A DNA stretch of 40,603 nt from Deltaproteobacteria bacterium (GTDB lineage Bacteria; Myxococcota_A; UBA796; UBA2385), in assembly GCA_947462115.1 (NCBI GenBank), contig CANHON010000002.1, positions 1-40,603 of the forward strand, read 5' to 3'. The position numbers and the translations under genes are program-made. The notes below the pieces were generated by a model. The model was not told the origin of the DNA, did no database searches, and saw nothing but the letters and a program-made list of their open reading frames with translations. Below are positions 1 through 7,715 of this stretch, in pieces. How positions within the stretch are numbered: the stretch's first letter is position 1; every line of letters begins with the position of its first letter.

Positions 1-162
1 CATGCGGGCTCCTGCAGAGAGGTCGGCGGGCGCCTCGGCTAACGCGCTCCTGACCGCGAAGATCGGCGCCCCCGATCCGGCCCCGGGCTCGAAGGGCATC
101 CGGGGCTGCCCGTAGGCCCCGGGCCGCGGCCGCCCCACCCCGCCGCGCGCCCCGGAGGCCCC

Positions 163-876
163 ATGTCCCGCCCGCGCTCGGTCGCCCCCTCGCTGGAGCT
201 CATCGCCTTTACCCTCGCCTGCGCTGTTTTGACCGCAGCAGGGTCCGCCGAGGCCGCACCGCCCGCCGCGCTGCTCCGGGCCGGCGTGGACGTGCGCGGC
301 GCCATGCTCAGCGAGGGCGACGACCAGCGGCGCGGGGCCGACCCCACCGAGCTCTGGGCCGCCTTCGGGGCGCCGGTCGGGGGCGCCCTGTTCATCGGCG
401 CGCCGGTGAACGTGCAGGGAGAAGGCCGACATTACCTCGGATTGGACCTGGGCCTGCGGAGCGGCGCCCTGCGCGGCCGGGCCGACAACCTGCCAGGCGG
501 CCCCTTCACCTACCAGCAGCGCACGCTGAGCCCGGCGCTGGGCTTCGTGAACCGCAGCAAAAACAGCGAGCTGTCCGCGCGGATCGGCCCGAGCTGGACC
601 CGCCAGACCACCACTGCCTCCGAGGGCGGGCCGACGGCGACGGGCGACGCCTTCGGCCTCTCTTGGGGGGCCGAGCTCGCGTGGTCAGCGCCCCACAAGG
701 GCCCGCAGCGCGTCAACCTCGGCGTGTTCTTCGAGTCCGACCTCATGGCCGTCGGCGGCAGCAGACAGGGAGACCTGCTGCCCTATGACGACGGCGACGC
801 CGCCTTCTACGCGGCGCTGGGCCTCCGGCTCAGCACCTCACGGGCCCTGCGGCCCCGCGGCGCGCGCGCCGACTGA
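163..876 (+). CDS. secreted hypothetical protein, possible outer-membrane beta-barrel
   Basis: ATG at 163 is preceded by GGAGG (154-158). N-terminal signal peptide LELIAFTLACAVLTAAGSAEA. The remainder is Gly/Ser/aromatic-rich with short alternating strand-like segments. Overlapping ORFs 39..395(-) and 510..746(-) look like antisense artefacts. Confidence 0.6.
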   Translation: MSRPRSVAPSLELIAFTLACAVLTAAGSAEAAPPAALLRAGVDVRGAMLSEGDDQRRGADPTELWAAFGAPVGGALFIGAPVNVQGEGRHYLGLDLGLRSGALRGRADNLPGGPFTYQQRTLSPALGFVNRSKNSELSARIGPSWTRQTTTASEGGPTATGDAFGLSWGAELAWSAPHKGPQRVNLGVFFESDLMAVGGSRQGDLLPYDDGDAAFYAALGLRLSTSRALRPRGARAD

Positions 877-889
877 AGGGGAGGGGCGC

Positions 890-3814
890 TCAAGCCACGG
901 GGATCACCGAGAGCAGGGCGCCCGCGTGCAGGTCGATGACCAGCACCCGGCTGTGGGCGTCGCCGACGAGCAGGCGATCGGGGCGGTCGCCGGGGCGCAC
1001 GAAGCGGGGCGCGCCCGCGATCCGCAGCCAGCCGGTGGGGCGGTGACCGGCGAGGGGCCCGGCGGGGCGCAGCACCAGCGCGGCGAGTCCGTCGTCGTCC
1101 TTCTCGGCGTGGGCGCGCAGGCCGGCGACGAGGCCAAGCTGCTCACGCCAGCGCGCCGGGCCCAAGGGGAAGGGCTCGGGGATCCGCTCGACGCCCTGCA
1201 GGAACAGGCGCTCGCCCGCCTCGCCGAGCTCCCAGAGGGCCTCGCCCTCGACCGACACCACGGGGCCGCGGCCCAGGCGCGGCTCGGGCAGCAGGGGTCG
1301 GCGCTCGCGCAGGGCCGGGCCGGCGCCGCGCTCCCAGCGCCAGAGCTCACGCTCGCCGCTGGCCGTGCGCACGACGGCGCGCAGAACATCGCCCTGCAGG
1401 TCAATCGCGAGGATGGCACCGGCGCCCCTGCCCTCGGGAAGGGACCCGCTGCGCCACAGGCGCCGCAGCCCCTGGGCCTCGGGCTGGTAGCTGCAGAGCT
1501 CGGCGCCCTCGACCACGAAGAGCTGCCCGTCCGGGCTGCTCAGGGCCAGGGGTGCCCGGCGGTCGCCCACCGGCAGGGCGCCGAGCGAGACCGGCGGCGC
1601 GCCCTCGCGGCAGCGCATGACCCGCAGGAGGCCCGGCCCGCCGGCGCTCAGGGCCAGCCAACCCCCGGGCGCCGGCAGCAGGCGCTCGGCGGGGGCCGAG
1701 ATCAAGGCCGGGGGCGCGCCGGGCCGCAGCAGGCGCTGGCCCAAGCCGCCGAGCGCCACCACCAGACCGCCGTGCGGCAGGCTCAAGGCGTCGAGCGGGC
1801 GCACGGCCTCGGGGCCGCCGAGCGGCAGGGGGATGAGGCGCGGGCCCGACCAGTCGAGCGGCCGACCCGGGGCGCTCGGCAGGGGGCCCAAGGCCGGGAG
1901 ATCGGCGTCCAAGGCTCGAAAACTGCGGCTGGGCTCGACGGTGGCCTGGCGGAGGCCGGCGAGCAGGGCCCGGGCGTCGGGCTCGGCCTCGGCGGCCGGG
2001 AGCAGGGCGCGGATCAGCGGCTCGGCCACCGCCGGGCGCAGGGGCGGCAGGCGCAGGGCGGCCTCGGCGAGGCGCAGGCGGTGCAGGGGGCCGCGGTCGA
2101 GGGCGGCGCGCAACGCGGGATCGACGCCGGGCGCGGCGCTCGGGTCGAGGGCCAAGGAGGCCACCACGCACCAAGCGGCCTCGAGATCGGCGTCGGCGCG
2201 GATCGGGGCGAGCAGGCCGCGCAGGGTCTCGGCCACCCGCGGCTCGGCCCGCAGCGGCCAGAGGGTCTGGGTGGCCCCCATCACATCATCGGCTTCGAGC
2301 TGTGCTTCGGCCCAGCGGGCCCGAAGCAGGGCCGCCACCTGCGGGTGCGCGCCCTCCAAGGCCAGGATCGCCGCGCCCAGCGCGCCCCGGCCGAGGCCGA
2401 GCTCCAGGGCCCGCCGCGGCTGGCCCGCCTGCACCCACAGGCGCAGCAGCTCGGGCGTGGGCTGGCCGGTGGCCTCGGCGAAGCGCGCGGCCTCGTCGAG
2501 CAGGCCCTTCTCTTCGAGGTAGACCACCGCCCCGCGCCCGTCGCGCAGCAGCTCGGCGAGCACCCAGGCGGCGCGCGCGTGGTCACCCTCGGCGTCGAGG
2601 CGCCGGTGGGCGTCGAGGTAGAAGCGGCGGAGCATGCCCACCACCTCGGCGCTGACCGCCGCCGCCGCGCCCCGCTGGCCGTGGGTGAGCGTGCCGAGCT
2701 CGCGCTGGCCAAAGCGACCGAAGAACCAGCCTTCGGGCGGGGCGCTGCCGTCACCGCCCAAGGGGATGGCGTGGCGCAGGGCCTCGAGCAGCTCCGAGGT
2801 GCTGAGCGCCCGATCGAAGCGCTCGACCAGGCCCCGCAGGTACTCGGATTGGGCGGACGCCAACCACCGCATCGCCCGCCACAGGGGCAGGCGCGCCGAG
2901 AGGCTGGCCCAGAGGCGCGACCAGGCCGACGGGCCCGCGGGCGGCCGCGGTGGCGGCGCGGGCGGGGCCCCCCTGCTGAGCGCCCCCTTCAAGGCCCGAA
3001 CAGCCCGGCCGACGGTGGACTGGAGCAGCCACCCCACCGCGCCCACCGCCGCGCCGAGGGCCGCGCCGAGGCCAGCCCCGAGCGCCCGCAGCCACCGCGC
3101 GCCCCGGGTCGCGCCCAAGGCCGGCCCCGGGGCGGGCGCCGTCGGCGCGGGCTCGGGCCCGCGGATCGCCTTCAGAATGGCCTGCAGTACGCCACCCCCG
3201 ACCTGGGAGAGCCAGTCGCCGAGGCGGCTGCGGGCCGCCGCCGCGCCCACCGGCGGCGCCGCCGCCTGGGCCACCGCCGCCGCCCCCTCGGCGCTCCACA
3301 GGCCGAGCTCGCGCTGAAGGCCGCCCATCGCCGCCGGGGGCGCCGCTTCGGGCACCGGCGGGGGCGCGCCCAAGGGCCGGGCGCTGCGGCGCGCAAGGGC
3401 CCCGGTGTCGATGAGGGCGCCGGGGGCCAGGGCCGCGGCCGGCCGGGGCAGGCAGCGCCGCGCGCCGCCGAGCGCCAGCTCCAGCTCACCGGGGCCGGGG
3501 CTGCCGGCGGGCCAGAGGGTCGAGGCGCCCACCCCAGCCGGCAGCAGCCGGTCGAGCGCGCCCTGGGGCCCCAAGCGACGGGGCACGGAAAACTCGAGCA
3601 GCAGGCCGATCGGGCCGCCCCCGGGCTCGGTCAAGGCGCAGAGCCGGTCGCCGGGGGCCCAGGCGGCGAGCAGCTGGCCCAGCGCCTGCTGCTCCTCCAA
3701 AATAGCGTCGGGCGAGCCATCTTGAGGGCCACGCCTCTGGATGCCGCCGGCCGGCAGGTAGACGAGGCCCATGCAGCGCAGGCTGCCGCGCGCGCGGAGG
3801 GGCGGGCCGCTCAT
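890..3814 (-). CDS. 974-aa protein, last gene of the MoxR cassette: N-terminal domain, Pro-rich linkers flanking a Gly-zipper hydrophobic helix, alpha-helical middle, beta-propeller-like C-terminus
   Basis: The track ORF 890..4600 has an Arg/Gly/Pro junk N-terminus that overlaps the upstream gene. The in-frame ATG at 3814 (MSGPPLRARGSLRCMGLVYLP...) overlaps the upstream stop as ATGA (3811-3814). The C-terminal third shows repeated strand-turn blades (DGQLFVVEGAELCSY, AILAIDLQGDVLRAVV, SRVLVIDLHAGALL). I recognised no enzymatic motif. Confidence 0.75.
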   Translation of the reverse strand: MSGPPLRARGSLRCMGLVYLPAGGIQRRGPQDGSPDAILEEQQALGQLLAAWAPGDRLCALTEPGGGPIGLLLEFSVPRRLGPQGALDRLLPAGVGASTLWPAGSPGPGELELALGGARRCLPRPAAALAPGALIDTGALARRSARPLGAPPPVPEAAPPAAMGGLQRELGLWSAEGAAAVAQAAAPPVGAAAARSRLGDWLSQVGGGVLQAILKAIRGPEPAPTAPAPGPALGATRGARWLRALGAGLGAALGAAVGAVGWLLQSTVGRAVRALKGALSRGAPPAPPPRPPAGPSAWSRLWASLSARLPLWRAMRWLASAQSEYLRGLVERFDRALSTSELLEALRHAIPLGGDGSAPPEGWFFGRFGQRELGTLTHGQRGAAAAVSAEVVGMLRRFYLDAHRRLDAEGDHARAAWVLAELLRDGRGAVVYLEEKGLLDEAARFAEATGQPTPELLRLWVQAGQPRRALELGLGRGALGAAILALEGAHPQVAALLRARWAEAQLEADDVMGATQTLWPLRAEPRVAETLRGLLAPIRADADLEAAWCVVASLALDPSAAPGVDPALRAALDRGPLHRLRLAEAALRLPPLRPAVAEPLIRALLPAAEAEPDARALLAGLRQATVEPSRSFRALDADLPALGPLPSAPGRPLDWSGPRLIPLPLGGPEAVRPLDALSLPHGGLVVALGGLGQRLLRPGAPPALISAPAERLLPAPGGWLALSAGGPGLLRVMRCREGAPPVSLGALPVGDRRAPLALSSPDGQLFVVEGAELCSYQPEAQGLRRLWRSGSLPEGRGAGAILAIDLQGDVLRAVVRTASGERELWRWERGAGPALRERRPLLPEPRLGRGPVVSVEGEALWELGEAGERLFLQGVERIPEPFPLGPARWREQLGLVAGLRAHAEKDDDGLAALVLRPAGPLAGHRPTGWLRIAGAPRFVRPGDRPDRLLVGDAHSRVLVIDLHAGALLSVIPVA

Positions 3815-5616
3815 TGGGGCCGCGCCGTGGCGATGGCCGAGGCGCTCGGCAGGTGCCAGACCACCAGCACCCCGGCGGCGTCCAGCCAGGCCACCGCGTC
3901 GCCCCGCGGCGAGGCGGCCGCCCAGGCGACGGGGTGGGCCGACACCGGCAAGGTGCGGGGCGCGCCCCAGCCCCGGAGCTCCAAGGCCCCGCCGGTGCTG
4001 ACCAGCAAGCAGGGGGCTTCGTTCTGCGGCACCAGCACGCCAAAGAGCTCGATGTCGGCCGGCACCGCGGGGCCTCCGTGAAACTGCCAGTCGAGGCTGC
4101 CGCCCCGCGACGAGCGCAGCAGGTGGTGGCGCGGCCGCCGGCCAGCGCAGCTCACCCACAAGCGCAGCGCGCGCTCCAGGCCTTGACCGCCGCCGGCCAC
4201 GGTCATCGACCCGATCTCCGGCCCGAGCAGCTCGGCTTGGCGCTCCCGCTGCCGCAGGCTGTAGGCCGCCCGGCCTTCGCCCACCGCCACCGGCAGGCCG
4301 CCGCTGCCCGGGATCAGCGGGGCCAGCTCGCCCGCCTCGTTGATCAGCAGGGCTTTTTGCGCGCCGTCGGGCAGGCGCAGGTGCGCCGGCAGGCCCGCCC
4401 GCACCATCGGGCCCTCGGCGGCGCAGCGCAGGGGGGCGCCCGGCTGGGGCAGCAGCGCCACACCCGCCGCGCCGTCCAGGCCGGTGAGCAGGCCCGGGCG
4501 CGGACCCTGCCCGGCCGCGGCCTCGGGCAGCACGAGCGTGAGGGGCGGCACGGGGCGGGCGGCGCGCACCTCGGCCCAACGCTGACCCACCCCGGCCCAC
4601 AGCTCGCCTTGGGCGTCGAGGCTGAGGGTGGCCAAGCGCTGCCCCACCCAGCCGAGCCCGAGCACCTGGCCGTGGACCTCGCGCAGGTGCGGGCGCCGGC
4701 TGGCCTCGGCGTCGGCCTCGACCGGCAGGGCCACCGCCCGACCGTAGGCGGTCTCGCCGAGCAGGCGCGCGCCCGAGGGCGAGAAGAAGAAGCCCGGCCG
4801 CAGCGACATGCCCCAGGTGCGGGCGGCGATCGCCTTGGGGCTCGCGCTGCGCGGCGGAGACACCGGCCGAAGGGTGGCCGTGCCGCCGAAGCCCGCCGCC
4901 CAGACCATGCCCGGCCGATCGTCGAGACCGATGTGCAGCACGTCGCCTTCGGCCAGAAAGCTCAGGTGCAGCCCGCCCGGCGGCGCGCCCAAGGGCCGAC
5001 CCGGCGGGCCCAGGGTCACGAGGCGCTCCTCGGGCTCGAGCGCGGCCGAGGCCCGCTGCCAGTCGTCCACCTCGGCGGGCTGCGCGCGGCGGGCGGCCCG
5101 TAGGCGATCCAGCCAGCCCTCGCCGAGGCCCTCCATCAGGCCCCCGCCGTCGGCCGACAGCCCACCCCAGCGCAGGGGCAGGCCCTCGGAGGCCGCCCAG
5201 GCCGCCAAGGCCAATAGGGCCGCAGCCTGACCTTGGCGCGGCAGGCCGAGCTGGTTCGGGCCGCCGTCGAGCAGGGCCCGCAGGGCGGTCGGCGGGCGGG
5301 GCGCCTCGGTGTGCAGGGCCAGAAACATCAGCTCGGCGTCGGCCGCCCGCTGCAAAAAGGCCTCAGGGACGACGTCGAGCAGGGCCCACTCGCTGTGCAT
5401 CAGCCGGTCGAAGGGCCCGCGGCGGTCGATGCCAGCCAGGCCATCCGGCGCGCCCGGCCCCCGGCGCGGCGCGGGCCCCTGCAGGCGCAGGCGGGCGAGG
5501 AGGGCCCAGGCCAGCGGGCCGAGCTCCTCTGCCACCGCCTCGGGCTGGGCGGCGAGCAGCGACCGCAGGGCCACCTCGGGCCGGGGCAGCGCCGGCTTCG
5601 GGCGGGTCGGGCTCAT
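3811..5616 (-). CDS. 601-aa protein of the MoxR cassette: N-terminal alpha/beta region (possible degenerate vWA-like, no clear MIDAS) plus C-terminal beta-propeller-like repeats
   Basis: The ATG at 5616 overlaps the upstream stop (ATGA, 5613-5616), and the stop overlaps the next start (3811-3814). The C-terminal half has WD/PQQ-like blade endings (ELWAGVGQRW, AVAWLDAAGVLVVWHL). The N-terminal segment LRALLDGGPNQ...AALLALAAWAASEG resembles a Rossmannoid strand-helix, but DxSxS is absent. Confidence 0.75.
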   Translation of the reverse strand: MSPTRPKPALPRPEVALRSLLAAQPEAVAEELGPLAWALLARLRLQGPAPRRGPGAPDGLAGIDRRGPFDRLMHSEWALLDVVPEAFLQRAADAELMFLALHTEAPRPPTALRALLDGGPNQLGLPRQGQAAALLALAAWAASEGLPLRWGGLSADGGGLMEGLGEGWLDRLRAARRAQPAEVDDWQRASAALEPEERLVTLGPPGRPLGAPPGGLHLSFLAEGDVLHIGLDDRPGMVWAAGFGGTATLRPVSPPRSASPKAIAARTWGMSLRPGFFFSPSGARLLGETAYGRAVALPVEADAEASRRPHLREVHGQVLGLGWVGQRLATLSLDAQGELWAGVGQRWAEVRAARPVPPLTLVLPEAAAGQGPRPGLLTGLDGAAGVALLPQPGAPLRCAAEGPMVRAGLPAHLRLPDGAQKALLINEAGELAPLIPGSGGLPVAVGEGRAAYSLRQRERQAELLGPEIGSMTVAGGGQGLERALRLWVSCAGRRPRHHLLRSSRGGSLDWQFHGGPAVPADIELFGVLVPQNEAPCLLVSTGGALELRGWGAPRTLPVSAHPVAWAAASPRGDAVAWLDAAGVLVVWHLPSASAIATARPQ

Positions 5617-6125
5617 GCCGCGGGCCCCGCGACCGAGGGGACGAGCAAGCCCGGAAAGGCTCCGAGCAGGTCATCTTCGCTGATCAGGTAGGGCGGCCCG
5701 AGGCCCAAGACCAGGCCCGACCCCGGCAGCACCGCCAAGGGCGCCTCGCCGGCCGGCCCCGCGCTGAGCAGGGCCCCCGCCAGCAGCCCCATCGGAACAC
5801 TCGGCGCGCGCGCCGTGGGCACCAGCAGGGCCTCGACCCCCGCCTCGACCCCCAAGAACACGGCCCCGTCGCACCAGGGCGGCGGCCCATCGTCCAAGAC
5901 CCGCAGCACCAGGGCGTCTTCGGCAAGGTCGGCGGCGAAGCGGCGGCCCTCGCGCAGCCCCCGCAGGGCGTCTTCGGCGAGGGCGCGCGCCGCAGGCCCG
6001 ACCGCCGCCACCGCCGAGGCCCGCAGGGGCGGGTGGCGGGCCGACCAAGTGGGCGCCACGGTCGGCAGCGGGGGGCGGCGCGCGCGGCTGGGCGCCGGCG
6101 CCTCGCCAGGCCGGACGATCTTCAC
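5613..6125 (-). CDS. 170-aa hypothetical protein of the MoxR cassette
   Basis: The GTG start at 6125 overlaps the MoxR stop (GTGA, 6122-6125), and the stop overlaps the next ATG. Codon bias is consistent with its neighbours. No motif recognised. The competing ORFs 5671..6213(-) and 5684..5926(-) are low-complexity. Confidence 0.65.
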   Translation of the reverse strand: MKIVRPGEAPAPSRARRPPLPTVAPTWSARHPPLRASAVAAVGPAARALAEDALRGLREGRRFAADLAEDALVLRVLDDGPPPWCDGAVFLGVEAGVEALLVPTARAPSVPMGLLAGALLSAGPAGEAPLAVLPGSGLVLGLGPPYLISEDDLLGAFPGLLVPSVAGPAA

Positions 6126-7246
6126 GGCTGGGTCGCCGGCTGCAAGGCGCCGAGGGCGGCGGCCCGGGCGGCGCGGAGGGCCTCGGGCAGGTCAGCTTCG
6201 GCGAAGGCCACATCGACGTCGCGCAGCCAGCCCCGCAGCCGGGCCCGCCCCGGCTCGCCCCCGAGGGCCCCGGCCAGCAGCGGCGGCAGCTCGGCCACGA
6301 GGCGCCCGGCCTGGGCGGCGGGCCCGTCAGCGGCGGCGGCCACGGCGAAGGGCAGCCGGGGATGGGCGGCCTCGGCCAACAAGCGGGGCAGGGCGGCGCG
6401 GGCCACGGCCTGCTCGGCCTCGGTGGGCACCACCGACAGCAAGGGCCAAAGGTCGGCCTCGGAGGCGGCCCCGCGCCCGGCCAAGGCGGCGGCGGCGGCG
6501 ATGAGGCGCTGGGCCCGCACCATGCGCCGGTCGCTGAGCGCCACCCCGGCGGCCCGCAGCGCGCGCAGGGCCTCGGCCAAGGCCGGCCGGGCGGGCCCGA
6601 GATCGACCTGCTTGGCCATGGCCGAAACAGCGTCGAGATCGCTGATCTCAGCCAGGGCGACCAAGCGCCCCTCGCCCGCGGCCCCGGCCTCGAGCAGCTC
6701 TTCGAGGCGGGCGTCGGGCATGGGGTGCACGAAGGCGCGCAGCAAGAAGCGGTCGGCCAAGGCGGCCAGCGCCGGGTCGTCGGGCAGGTGGTTGCAGGCC
6801 GCCACGCAGGCCCGCAGCGGCACCCGCAGCTCGGTGCGCCCGCGGCGGAACCTCCGGTCGTTCAGCACGCCGAGCAGCGTGTTGAGGATGGCCGTCGAGC
6901 CCAAGAACAGCTCGTCGAGGAAGGCGAACTCGGCCTCGGGCAGCATGCCGGCCGTCTCGACCACCAGCTCGCCCTCGCGCAGCCGCCGCAGGTCGATGGG
7001 GCCGAAAAGCTCGGCGGGCTCGGTGAAGCGGCCGAGCAGGTACTCAAAAGTGCGCGCGCCCAGGGCCTCGCCCACCCGGCGCACGGCGGCGCTTTTGGCG
7101 GTGCCCGGCGGCCCCACCACCAGCAGGTGCTCGCCAGCAACAGCGGCCAGCAGCACCAGCTCGACGAGGGCCTCGCGACCCACCAAGCCCGAGGCCGCGG
7201 CCCGCACGGCGGCGCTGAGGCGCGAGAGCGCCGGGTCGATCGACAT
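6122..7246 (-). CDS. MoxR-family AAA+ ATPase, RavA-like
   Basis: Walker A GPPGTAKS and Walker B FAFLDELF. RavA-like conserved blocks FEYLLGRFTEPAELFGP, AILNTLLGVLNDRRFRRG, VAACNHLP and ALADRFLLR. GGAGG lies 4 nt upstream of the ATG at 7246. Confidence 0.9.
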   Translation of the reverse strand: MSIDPALSRLSAAVRAAASGLVGREALVELVLLAAVAGEHLLVVGPPGTAKSAAVRRVGEALGARTFEYLLGRFTEPAELFGPIDLRRLREGELVVETAGMLPEAEFAFLDELFLGSTAILNTLLGVLNDRRFRRGRTELRVPLRACVAACNHLPDDPALAALADRFLLRAFVHPMPDARLEELLEAGAAGEGRLVALAEISDLDAVSAMAKQVDLGPARPALAEALRALRAAGVALSDRRMVRAQRLIAAAAALAGRGAASEADLWPLLSVVPTEAEQAVARAALPRLLAEAAHPRLPFAVAAAADGPAAQAGRLVAELPPLLAGALGGEPGRARLRGWLRDVDVAFAEADLPEALRAARAAALGALQPATQP

Positions 7247-7499
7247 GGGGGCCTCCAGCCAAGCGGAGCGGCCGCTTATCTGGGCGCCCCGCCGGCTGCG
7301 CCGTCGGCGGCCCTCCGGCCCGGCTCGGCCCTCCGGCCTCGGCCGCGTGCGCGGCGGCCGCTGCGCGGCCCCGGCCGGCCGGCCTGGCGCGCGCGAAGCG
7401 GAGCCCCCCGCTCAAGGAGCTGTCGGATGATCGGCGCCCAGATGGCCGCCCCAAGGCCGGGCTGAGCGGGGCAGCCCGGGAGCGCCTTGACGGGGTCGC

Positions 7500-7660
7500 G
7501 AATCGACGCCGCGGGGGGCGGGCAGCATTATCCTGCGACTTTTCCTGCGAGACCACGACCGAATCTGGGTACTACTTCCACAAGAATGTTGTATTATTTG
7601 ATACTTGCCGCTGGCGATCCAGGGCCTCATTCCGCAATATATCCTGCGCGGATTCCTCCT
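7500..7660. promoter_or_regulatory. AT-rich island in the 469-bp divergent intergenic region (MoxR cassette <-> HipA-like gene); candidate promoter/operator region
   Basis: A sharp local GC drop (ttccacaagaatgttgtattatttgatacttg) includes the -10-like TATTAT (7592-7597). The 9-mer TATCCTGCG occurs at 7529-7537 and 7640-7648, with TTTCCTGCG at 7541-7549. Strand and exact promoter elements cannot be fixed by eye. Confidence 0.35.
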
Positions 7661-7715
7661 CGGTTCCTGGTCCCTGCCTCTACCCGCCCTTCGACCTCCC
7701 CGAGCAGAGCTCGAC

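Noticed and set aside
1-162. Possible leftward gene start (the window begins with CAT) and the ORF 39..395(-)
   Set aside because: There is only a 3-nt hint at the window edge. The 118-aa minus ORF is Pro/Arg/Ser/Gly junk that overlaps the signal-peptide gene.
785-4081. 1098-aa plus-strand ORF, with nested ORFs 1617..2522, 2634..3317 and 3814..5103
   Set aside because: It is antisense to the MoxR-cassette genes. The composition is extreme Arg/Ala/Gly/Pro low complexity with no motifs, which is a typical GC-rich antisense frame artefact.
3815-4600. N-terminal extension of the track ORF 890..4600 (1236 aa)
   Set aside because: The extension fully overlaps the 3811..5616 gene in another frame and is Arg/Gly/Pro junk. 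The ATGA-coupled start at 3814 gives a sensible N-terminus.
4900-5350. Expected canonical vWA domain with a MIDAS (DxSxS...T...D) motif downstream of the MoxR ATPase
   Set aside because: I could not find a DxSxS MIDAS motif in any of the three downstream proteins. Only a degenerate strand-helix segment (LRALLDGGPNQ...) is present, so I do not annotate a vWA domain, and the question needs an HMM or structure search.
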